A DNA stretch of 64,000 nucleotides from Takakia lepidozioides (Eukaryota; Plantae; Bryophyta): positions 49,352,001-49,416,000 of the forward strand of contig CM060732.1 in the NCBI GenBank assembly GCA_030704615.1, read 5' to 3'. Of this stretch, positions 24,621 through 35,956 are shown one piece after another (position 1 is the first letter of the stretch; every line of letters starts with the position of its first letter). The notes beneath the pieces were generated by a model. The model was not told the DNA's origin. It searched no databases and worked only from the letters and a program-made list of their open reading frames with translations. A program made the translations under genes and the position numbers.

Positions 24621-26282
24621 TGTAGTGTGAAAAGAAGGGCACGAATCCCTTCTGTAAAATCTAAATCTGGGTTCGTAGTGCAAAGAAGCTTGCTGCCCCA
24701 GCCCACTACACCCTAGTGAAGACAAGTTTGCTACCCTAAATCACTATCCTCAATCATTGACCCTGTACTGTTCATGACCAGAGACCAGATGCCCTCATCC
24801 ATGCCGCAACGGAAGAGAAAACATGGATGGGACTGGGAAGCTTCTCCATTTTTATCTCTCAGCTTACAACTGGTTATCCCTTCGTTCTTCCTTTTTCTGT
24901 GCAGCTCTCCCCTTTGCCAGATTTCTTTTCTCACCGTTGCATGACAAAATATTCCCTAGGTATCATGTAGAACACTGCACCTTTCCTACATGTTGTGTAA
25001 TTACACCAAGGCAACCCATCTAGCAGGACCAAATACAGAATTTGTGAGTTGATATCTCAAGGATGCCCCACATTCCCTGTTTGGTCATTTTCTCTTCCCA
25101 AAGAAGGCCCTCCATTCTGACTGCTTTCAGAGACAATTCAGGTTTGTCAGTCAGCGATAAAGAGCCCATTATCTACATCTACATTCTACACCATCCTTAC
25201 CTTTTGCATTCAGCTTTGAACCAACAGAGTTCCCAAACTAAATCCCCTCATTCTGGGATCAAACATCAGGTTTCAGCTTCAGAAATGCAGCTACACTAAA
25301 CGGCTTAAAATAATTTTCCACTTCATCCCTCTGATGTATGCATGCCACATAAATTTAGGATACCCTAGTTCTCCAATGAAACACCATCATCCTCATCTTT
25401 CTATTGTTAAAAAGGCAGCTAACCCTACTGGTTTGTGCTCTATTGTGCTCAAAATTGCATGTACATTTGACATCAAACTTCAATGCAACATTGAGTCCAG
25501 ATTCATGCTACTGGAAATAGATGATCTGAAGCTAAAGAAACATCATACACTCAATGACTATGGTGGGGCTGCATCTGCCCTCTAATCAATATTCCCACAG
25601 ACATATGCATCCTCTCACATCCTCTCTACAAATCTCCCTGCTTTGAAGTCAGACCACCTCCATTTCATTTCTCCAAAATTTTATTTCCTACATCAGTCTT
25701 GCTTGAGAGCTCCTAAGTCCAAGCAACAACAACTATTCCTGAGTGAAAGAAGCAACTATTCCTAAGTCTAAGAAGAGCACAGGCATCCACGAACTTAGCT
25801 GTCTTATACTCCAGGTGAAGCGGTGGGTTTGCCTGCCTGAAATGGCACCTCACCATACCCTATCAGCAGCTACCCTACTCCCCTTTGTTGTCTGAATCGC
25901 CGGCATTCTAAAAAGATCACGCACATAAGAGCCCTGCACCGCCTCAGCATTCCATCCTCCATATATTCAAAGTCCATTAAATGCCCACGACACTGCCCTA
26001 TCTACTGGCAGCATCACTGCCGTTTGGTGATTAGCTCCTCTATCCCACCATCTGTGCGAATCTACCCTAAGATAAGACATTATCTATGACATGAAAGCTT
26101 CAACATCTAAGTACCTCTTTCTCTAGACATTCACATCCCCTAACTCCCTATTTACAGATATCTTGCATCACCATCCGCCATGGAGAGAATATGCAAGTGC
26201 ATGTTGATGAGACAAAAGATACTCTCTCGTGGTCATGGGAGGCGAGGTGTAGAGCGGCCAATTTGCACCGCAAGCAAAAATC

Positions 26283-26513
26283 CGGGGATCAAATTGGACA
26301 AAAGCAGAAGCGCTGGTCCTTATAGAGTATGAGAAACGGCTAGAGTATGACGATCACCACCACCCAAACATAGTCGCCACCGAAATATTCATCTATGGAG
26401 ACGCGTGGAAAGTCATAATGGAGGGGTGTGATACAGTTGCAGGATTTAGAGTGAGGGATGTGGAGTAGATAATTAACAAGTGGGACACATTGCAGAAGCA
26501 GTTCCAAAATTAA
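26283..26513 (+). pseudogene. Trihelix / Myb-SANT-like DNA-binding domain fragment
   Basis: Reads RGSNWTKAEALVLIEY..AWKVIMEG..RDVE*IINKWDTLQKQF, with three spaced tryptophans and one in-frame stop. Confidence 0.65.
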
Positions 26514-27079
26514 CCAAAAGATTGTTTGAGCTCCAGCGGAGCTAGTCAGTGGTGGGGGTTGTCCAAGGTGGCAAAAAATAGGTTTAACCAAATCAATACC
26601 TGGCTTTATCCAATTTTGCTTGTCCCAAGAGCCACCATTTCTAATCCACAGTGGAATGGCTACAATTCCTCTAAATTGCAGGTCCAACAGATTTTTCCAC
26701 CTATGATTTCTTTGTATGTAATTACATGGGGGTCAAAATTTAAAAATGGAAAAGGAAAAATTTCCCTCCAAATGAAGTACTTTTTTTTCTACAAAATTTC
26801 TAAAACCCAACGGTAGATGTGTGTAAGGTGAAGTGGTTTACACTTTTTTTAAATGTTACTAACTTTATTAATTTTACAATTTGGGCATGTTTATCCGCCA
26901 CGTCAGCAGTCAACAAGCCCTTTACAAGCCCAAAACCTGACATAAATACCTTAGATATTTTCTGTAGGTGGTAGCTTTTGATTTTTCTTAACTTTTCATT
27001 TTGCATCATATTGTCAGCCCCTTATTCATCTTTGCTCTATTTCTATTAATTTATTATGTCATGGTTCGTGTTTTTTTTG

Positions 27080-27113
27080 GGGCCCTGCGTGCGCAGAGCC
27101 CTCTAGAAACTAG
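27080..27113 (+). mobile_element. Helitron-type 3' terminus
   Basis: GC-rich hairpin GGGCCCTGCG-tg-CGCAGAGCCC (one mismatch), followed 8 nt later by CTAG and then T. Confidence 0.65.
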
Positions 27114-28867
27114 TAGCTAGTAAGTGAGTAAGTAATAAGTGAGAGGGGAAAGAGAGCTCTCTTTATATACCCTCATAGGGGGTGGGACCTTCTAGAAGCC
27201 CGCAGAACCCTCAGCGGTGGGACCCTTCTAAGAAGGTTGGCTCTACCAAGTACACTTCTCCAAGCCTAAGGCCGCTGCTGGTCCCACTGCCGCACCATCC
27301 ATGTATTAATGTCATGGCATGGGGTGCGCAATTTTCCGGGCCCTCTCCCAGCCCTCTTCTTAGCCTTAATACACCCTTTTTCCGTCCCCTAATCTAATCC
27401 CCACACCCCCTTTCAAACCTCGGCCTTATTGGAGACAAGTCCTTTGTCATAAAAAGCTTCTGGAGTGGCCCCATCAGAGGAGATCCACTAAAATTAGGTG
27501 GAAGTGGAAATTCACCGATTCAGGTAGCTTGGGAAATTAAGGGTTAATCTATAATTTGGATTAAATTTGCTAGTAATGACGTGGCTTAGTTCATCTCCAA
27601 AAAACCCATGATGATGGATGGCTAGCGAGTTCCCACTCTTGCAAAAGAAATCCAGATCTTTCTCATGGATTTTTAGACACATTTGTCGCTTTCGCAAGAA
27701 ACCCACAGATGGCAAAGCTGTGATTTCTTCTAGTGATAGCCCTTCAAGTGTCGAGTAACACCGTACTTTTAAATGTATAGAGGAAGGCCCTACGTGGAGG
27801 GCGCCCTTTGAATTTTATGCCCAGGGCGGATACTAGGGGTCAAGGGCCGCCTGACACGAGGGTCTTCCTCTGCGTAAAGAAATGGGATGATTTCTTTGAG
27901 TTTGAATACACTGGAATAAATGATCAAAAGAAATGGGACTAGTGAAGGAAGAGATCTTGGAGGTAAAAGATAATGTCGGAAGTGTGTATTACACATAGTG
28001 TAATCGGCACTATGCATTATATTTTTTTGTAATGCCCTTGTACTCGTGGCTGGCTATTACGCTGTGTAATGAAACAATATTAACGAAGAGAAATCAGCTT
28101 CAGTTCTATACGCTTGCTTTGGCAATGTCCACATTCTCTGAAAGAGGTTAAACCTCACAATTGTGGGCCTTCATTGATGGCCGAAGATCCCAAGGATGAC
28201 GGTCAATAGAAATGAAATGAAATAGAAACCTTTAAAAAAAATAAAAAATAAAATAGAAAGGGGAGGACTCAAGCCCTTGTTATCAATAATTGAAGGGAAA
28301 AAAAATTAAAACCCTTACAGGCCCCGCATGCCGCCATGAGGCCCAACTCATAGTGAACCGTGAAGATAATCCAAAGAACAATAAGTTAATACCAGAGCAG
28401 CGAGATTGCAGAATGCAATCATTCTGGAACATTCTGTATTAGGGAAGGGTCGCTCCCAAGGCCCTTCCTGAATTTGAGAGCACCGGCAATGAGGGCGGAG
28501 TGAAAAACTGGGAAATTTCTCTTTCCCGCTCCTTGCCCCGCAAATCGGGGGACCCTTCCAAACGCGGAAGGTACTTCCAGCCATTCTTTTAGTGGCGAAT
28601 AATCGCTAGATTTCGACCTCCCGCGGGTCTTGGCGACAGGGGTAAAGGGAAATGAGGCTGAAAAATCATCACTTTTCGCCAAAAGCTTATCTGATTGGAC
28701 CACCTTTTGCTAGAGGGGCCGCCACAGGGAGGCACATGGCGCCATATTGAGTGAAGACAGTTTATAGCATAGGAGCCAGATCCCACCGACCACGTGCAGG
28801 ACATCGCCGCATTCTGAGTGCGCGGGAGGACGTGGGGCCAGCTATGTTGCCCATTTTTGTACATATA

Positions 28868-28898
<31 letters not shown>

Positions 28899-29820
28899 GG
28901 GTAAGTATAGTATAGTATGTATAGATAGACCTTGTAGTGATACATTTATAACATGTGTATGGGTAGCTTAGTGGTAGAGATCTCCCTTATGAGCCATCGA
29001 CTTGGTGTCCAATTCCTAACACCTCAACGTTTTTAACCTGGTTTGGATGATAAAGTTCCTAAATATGAAAAAGGTGGCCGCGGAGGAGGGCAAAAGGGTG
29101 CCTGCAGAGGAGGATGATAATAAAAAGGGTGGCAGAGGGTTACAAAAACGGAATGAGAATGTCATTTATTCATTGTTTTTGGGATGAAAGGACACATGTC
29201 AGCAAGTTTAGGACCTGAAAAAAAAAAAAACCTAAAACACACATCTTCTTCCTTCTTTCATTTTTTTCCTCCCATAAAACACAAAACTAAACATAGTGAC
29301 ATATAATCTTCATTACTGTTTACAAGCTTTGTGAGCCAAGTTACTTGGTAATTTTATTTGTATTTCCAAGAGCCTTGCAAACATTGATACTTCTATGTGC
29401 CATGTAGCATTAGGCAGGGTCTTTTTCTGCCAGGGTTCAAATATGCCACTTAGTGTAGATTGACTGAAATGCAATATAAGCCAATTTAAGGTTTTCTATT
29501 TATGAATGGTGGTTTAAATTTTTTTGGTGGTGTTTGGCATAATTTCTGCCTAGTCTCCAATGATGCCTACACCCTCCAATTTGCTATGTCAATTCTGGGA
29601 TATTCGCCTCAACAAGTCTACTAGGTTTTAGGTTCACTCGCCCAATACCCATTCAAAATCTCATATTATCGCCAGCCATTTCCACTACGCATTTTGTACA
29701 AGCGCCAGACATGCTCCTCTAAGGTTCTAATGGATGCCACTTGTGCTACAATGTAAATACCTTACAAGAAATGCTGGGTACTTCCCGCAAATTGGGGGAC
29801 CCTTCCGAAAGCGGAAGGTA

Positions 29821-30523
29821 CCGTCCCTGGACAACCGTTTAGGCATTTTTGCGCCTAATAATAAAATCAATTAATCAGAAAATTAGGCATGTTTTGAAAA
29901 CAATTTCTTAAACTAGGCATCTTCATGCTATAATTTTTTAGAATTAGGCACATGAGAAGAGAAAACATTTATTTTCTTAAGAATAAAATTACAAAATAGA
30001 CACCCAATGCCCATGGGCCCTTCCAGGCTCCAGCTAGCTTTCATTTCATTTGAAACCCTAAAAATGCCCCTCTTTGTTGTACGCGGTGCTCCAAGGCTCA
30101 AGCTGGCACATGCAAGCTCTCCCTTCGCTCTCACAGTAGTCCACACTAGTGTAGGCACGTTGGTATAGGGCTTTGGTACATTGAAGGCACGCTGGTTCAG
30201 GGCTTCGATACATTGGTCATTGGGTACACTCGTTTTCATATTCGTATGCAGGTGCATGGTGAAACCTCTTACACAATGGTACTCCTGAGTTGTGGTAGGT
30301 TGGTAGGCTAGTTAGTTCCGCACGCATATATTTGTATTGATTTTTGTTCAAAGAAATTTTGATCTTATTACAAACAACATGAGAAGAGGCTTGCAAGTTT
30401 TTTGGTGGAAATTTTGGGCATTAGGCACTTTGGTCCCATAATTTCCAAAATCTGAAAAATTCACAGAATTGATTAGGCACTTTCATTTTGAATTAATTAT
30501 CGCCTAAACGGTTGTCCAGGGAC
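29821..30523. mobile_element. Tc1/mariner-like MITE
   Basis: Perfect 22-bp TIR GTCCCTGGACAACCGTTTAGGC at 29823-29844 and 30502-30523, with TA at the left and internal aattaggca repeats. It sits inside a repeat whose empty form (ggaaggTActtcc) is at ~28566-28578. Confidence 0.75.
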
Positions 30524-30778
30524 TTCCCTTAAATCGGGGGAACCTTGCGGCCAGGGAGGTTCCTTGAATTACAAAGAAAAAACTTTGCCAGTGTTTTACA
30601 GAATCAGGGGTGACACAAGTTGGGGGTGGGGGTGGACCCTGGACACCCAGCTATATACACAGGGCGATTGATCAGTAATACGCTGAAGGACCTGTGACAA
30701 GAGACTTCGAAGAGGGCAGAAGAATAGAGCGCGTGTCTGTTGTGCTCCTCACAAGTAGCTGTGCAGGTTGGAGCAATT

Positions 30779-31853
30779 ATGGAAAGCACGGGGGAGTCGG
30801 TGTTGCTGCCTGCACCTAGTTTATGCCTGCTGGGAATCATCCGGACTGTGGTAAAAGCAAGGGCCCTAGGGTCTATCCCTTGGTTGGCTGCCTACCGACT
30901 CTTGTCATGAGGAACAGACATAGACTGTGACTGGACAACTGAAGAGCTGAACAAAGTTCCATCACATACAATGAGGGTGGTGACGCCTGGGAATGTTTCA
31001 ATAGGAACAGCGAATCCGGCTAACGTAGAGCACATTGTAAAAACCCACTTTGAGCATTATCCCAAAGGGCAGCAATTCCAGACATCTACTTTGACCTCTT
31101 CGGATTAGGAATTTTCACAGCTGATGGAGACCCGAGACCTTTGAAAATCGCGGAGAAGAGTAGGTAGTCACGAGTTCACCACGCGGTCGCTCCGAGAGTT
31201 AGTTGTGAAGTTGGTTCACGAATAAACCCATCCTTACAAAGACCAGCGATTTGCATGCGAAGGCAGTACCATAGATTTACAAGTTTTTCATGCAGTTGGG
31301 TTTGATGACGCAACTGAGTATATCACCCACCCCTTTCGTGGGTTTGGTCTTTTCACTTGGAAATTGAAGAAGGCTTTAGACATTGGGTCCGAGAAAAAGC
31401 TGCGGGAGGTGATAGATTGCATGCGGCTCTATCCGAATCTCGTAGGCTGTACCCACCTATCCCAATTGCCACGAAGGTGGCAATGCAAGATGATGGTCTG
31501 CCCGACGGGGTTTTTGTCGCCAAGAATGAAAGGGATTCTTCTAACGTGTTTGCAATGGGCAGAATGGAGAATCTCTGGGGGGCCGATTGTCTTGAGTTCA
31601 AACCTGAGAGATGGTTGAACGATGGCGTCTTCACTACTGAAAGTCCATACAATTGTCCTGTGTCTCAGGCAGGGCCCCGCATTTTCCTCGGGAAAGACAT
31701 GGCCATGGTTCAGATGAAGCTCATAGTCGCTGCACTCATCCATAACTTCACCTTTGAACAGCCACGTATAGCCTGTCGCTTACAATGCGGATCAAGCATG
31801 GATTTCATGTGACTCCACACCGCAGAATTCCTTTTCAAAACCTAAAATCTTGA
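30779..31853 (+). pseudogene. CYP94 pseudogene, duplicate of 10653-12353
   Basis: Colinear high identity from ATGGAAAGCACG to the stop and into the 3' UTR (~32050). It has frameshifts, a deleted TM anchor, a ~470 bp deletion spanning the I-helix, and heme Cys>Phe (GPRIFLG). Confidence 0.92.
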
Positions 31854-32680
31854 AAGATCCTTCAGAGCTCATTCAGAGTCGTCTGAAATACCTCTGTAGT
31901 TTGTTCCAATTTTACTCCACTGCAATTCTGTGGTTTATGTACAGTATGTTCAATGGAGCTTTGTTTCTGCCTTCATCCTTCTCTTTATGATCTCTTCTCT
32001 TTAGATATTATTACCCTCTTTGTGTGTCTGAACTTGTAGCCTCTAGGACTTGGCAGTGTGTCTACAAGCAAACACGGATGACGTCCCCCAATCCTGGACC
32101 AATAGCTCCGAGCTGTCACATGTCGCGGACTACTGATTCGACCAGAATATACAGTTCACGAATTGTGGCGAGCCCATATGTCCGAGAGCTATGAAGACGT
32201 AAGTGATGATCCGTTCTTATTCATCCAGGCCGGGTACCAAGTGACCAATGAAAGATACGAGTCTTCCAACAAGCGTTTGATCTTATATGCAAAGCGCAGG
32301 GGTACTAGCTTACATGAGCAAGAAACAAACCATTGCAACAATGAATATCACCCAAAACAATGATGTGAACCATTTTGGGATACACGAACGTCAATGTGTC
32401 CATTTACTTCAGCACCGATTTAACGGAGCCTGAAAATTATAGAAAGATCAGCCCTCGGAAGCTGATATCTACGGAGAGAAACTAGCTGCTCGCATCATTA
32501 AATCTGATTGGTAGAATATATGATCAACAGGTACTAATCTCATGAAATATTGAAGTAAGACTGCAGTGTTATTCAATATTTTGCCCTCTAAGCTCTGAGA
32601 TCGTTTGCATGGGGTAAGTCTTCATTGTCTTTGGAGATGCTTCCTCTGGGGAGCAAGTCCCGAGAATCCCAATTGGAATA

Positions 32681-33571
32681 TCACCGAAGAGCCTTGCGGT
32701 GGACGGTGCCAGAAGGCACAAGGATACCTGCAAGCGAAGAGAAATTCGAGATCAGTCTCTAGATAACATGCCAATTTCGTCTCGGAATAGTAAAGCGCTG
32801 TCCAGTCTCTCTCTTGGTTGATGTCTTCAGTCCCTCTTCAAAGACATTGAACTCGACATATGATCTGTCCGTGTCAGGGTTAAAATCTGACCGTTGATGC
32901 TCGGAAGGAGACATAATGTGAAATGGAAAGTGCTGAGCTAGTAGCTACTGCTCATCCTCACCGGTAATATGAGGAAGCCAGTGACCCCGCGCAAATCCGA
33001 TCCTCAAACATTTTCGACACTCTCGCACCGGAGCGGTTGGATGGATATCGTGATATACGAATAAAATCTCTCATAGATCTGTATTCTCTTTCTCTCTCGG
33101 GGGGGGGCAGGAATTTAAGGAAGTTTAATTTCGAGAGAATCTACAGAGAAATACAGCTCCACACAGCCCAGCGAGAGAGAGAGAGAAACCCCGACGAATG
33201 GACGGCATGCATTCTGAAAGAAATTTCAGAGAGGGACCAGATACGCTACCATTGCAGCGAAAGCCTTTGGGCACATAGCGGTGGCACTTGTGAGGCAGCA
33301 GGAGGGCAGCCCTCGTGTTGATTCCGGGAAACCTCCCAGACCTGATGTTGTTGCACAAGCATTGTGCGTTCACTTTCCTGATCACCTGGCAGCACCCGAC
33401 GGATGGGAAGGAGGGGTTGGAGCCCGTCACAGCCGGAAGACAAGGGAAGAGAGCCGAAAGAGTATTGCTGGGGCATTGAACTCCTTTGGCCTCCACAGTG
33501 GCGGAAACTACCAGTAAGAGCAGCAGGCTCAAAGCTGCCAGTTGCAGCTTGGAATACGTCTTCGACGCCAT
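32681..33571 (-). CDS. Non-specific lipid transfer protein (8-Cys motif, type D-like), 2 exons
   Basis: Exon 1 (33571-33250) has a signal peptide and C-C-CC-CLC-C-C. The intron falls 4 nt after the last Cys codon. Exon 2 (32727-32681) encodes GILVPSGTVHRKALR*, with no GPI tail. Confidence 0.85.
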
Positions 33572-34865
33572 CTCTAGGTGCTAGCTAGCTCCCGACTGGA
33601 TTTTGAGAGAGAACACACAGATCAGATTGAGACGAGCTCCGAGTTCGGAGTTAGAGTGATGCATATGCAGTACTGAAATGCATCTCTGAAATAGTCTGCG
33701 CTTCTCCTCAAGAGGCGGAGACGAGACTGCAGACTGTGGAGAGAAAGGTGGCGATCTCCTTGCTCATTACTGCGCAGAACTGCTAGTCTTTATTATTGTT
33801 CGGTGGATAATGCCACCTACTGACCGTTGGTTGTTGACTTTACTTTCATTTAAAAATAAACTGTAAGTGGATGGATGACTCGCAGCCTCTGTTTATGTGC
33901 ATCCATCTCTACGCCGCTTGAGAGAGGATCATGAACACTCCGCTCATTGCTCTCCATTACGTCCAAGTTAATCTCTACGAACTAGCTTCCTCCTCTGCTC
34001 TTTCGAGCATTCCTTTTTAGAGCATTGGGTTTCAAGAGAGTGTTGAATCTAACTATATTCAACCTATCAACACGGAGAGTTTTCTAATTAAGGATCAGAA
34101 ATTTCGCACAGACTCGAGGAGAGTACTCTGCCAGGCATGTAGCCAGCACTGTATAGGATGAAGAGGAAGCAATGGATCGCACTGGGAATAATGCAACAGT
34201 GATCCTGCACCAGGGCCACGACTACGGAACTAAAGTCAAACAATGAATGTCAATCTAGACAGGTTTTGATATGGATATGAGATGGATATACGCGAGAACG
34301 ACAACCTGAGGAAGAAACGTTTAAGTACTATCTGTGAAGACAAAGCGAAGGCAACATGCACCCATTCCTGATTGTTCATTGCATCATGGGTACACTGCAA
34401 TTAATCTCGAAAGACATTGATACACGATTGGAACTAGAATCCCAAATCCTCCTACAGTACACATTGAGAAGTCTCGTCACTGAAAAATTGGAAGTTCTAT
34501 CAGCTCTATACTACCAGTGTCAACATGCAGAGATGGGTGTTGTTGGATGTATACCAACATATACTATCCACTTCCGTCGAATATGCTTATCATGGATTTC
34601 GTATGGGAACAGGTTGAATGTGGTATCGTGTTGGGAACCTCAACTCGAAAACGTGTTCGAATAGAAACAGCCCACGTGGCCGAGAAAAGATGGAGCTGGG
34701 GAAAACCAAAAGGAAGAACTCCCTGTGGGCTTGTGTGTGGCTTGTACGCATTTCTTGCTGAATTTGAGCTTATGGTAAGCCCGTTTGTTGAGCGATTGGG
34801 CAAGAATTCTCTTGCTTCTTGTGCTGTTTGATGGTGGAATCTCCTGGAGAGAAGGCGATTCGCAA

Positions 34866-35925
34866 ATGGCGACAACAGGCATCAACCACATGCAGGCCAA
34901 GCTTGTACGTCCCTTCGTCCTTTCCTTCCGGATTTGTGGCTGACTTCCACCTTGGATTTGATTACAGTTAGTTTAGAAGAGATTCTCCACATGTGATTGA
35001 ATGATGATGAAGAGTGATGGATGATTGAAATGTGGTGACCATGTCTCTGTTTGTGATAAGTCACATGGAATTCACCAGATGTTGCAGTTAAGCTAGGAAA
35101 ACTGGAAATTGGTGGGGTTGCTGGGTTAATCTGGTGTGTGAGTGTGAGGACCACTTTCAATCGTATCAATTCGGAGAGTTGGGCTTTCGGCCATCGCCTG
35201 CTCGCCTCATGGACTGAATATATGAGGATTTACACAGTTCCCGTGTCTCTCTGTTCCCTTTCTGTGAAATGGGTCTCAGAGAGGGTTGATCATGTGATGG
35301 CCCAGATTCTCAGCCTTAACCTGTGCCAGCTCATTTACTTGCAAGGGTTTGGTCGTAGCACCTTTGGTGCTGGACTACCAAAGTGCTGGCTCGGACTGCC
35401 ATGGAAACCTGCCCATCCCTTTCCACAGGCGGGATTTTCATGGGGGGAATTCCAGGCAATCAATGGCCAAGAATTAATTATGTTTGTGGCAGGAATACAG
35501 TTAACTGTGGGTGTCAGATTCGCCTGTATACCTTTATCACACGAATTGAACTTCTCACTGTGAACCTGCCAACATGCGTCAGCTTCTAAGAACCCAGTTT
35601 TATGCGACAGGTGCTCCTAGGAGACATGGGAGCGGGGAAGTCCAGTCTTGTTTTGCGATTTGTAAAAGGCCAATTCTTTGACTATCAGGTGCTCTCCCTC
35701 TCTCTGTCTATCAGCTACGGCCACAAGGCTACGGAAAACGTCTTATGCTGTCTCTCAGCTTGGCAAGTGTAGTGGATTAGGGGGAAATTCATGCATCTCG
35801 GTGTTATTTGTCCAACCTCAGCAAGGGATGGCAGTGATGGCAGGTGCAAATTAGGGTCCTCAGTTGACATCTTTTATTTTCGGTTTTGATACACAGCTAT
35901 TATAGGGTTGTGTTTGTGTGAGTAT

Positions 35926-35956
<31 letters not shown>

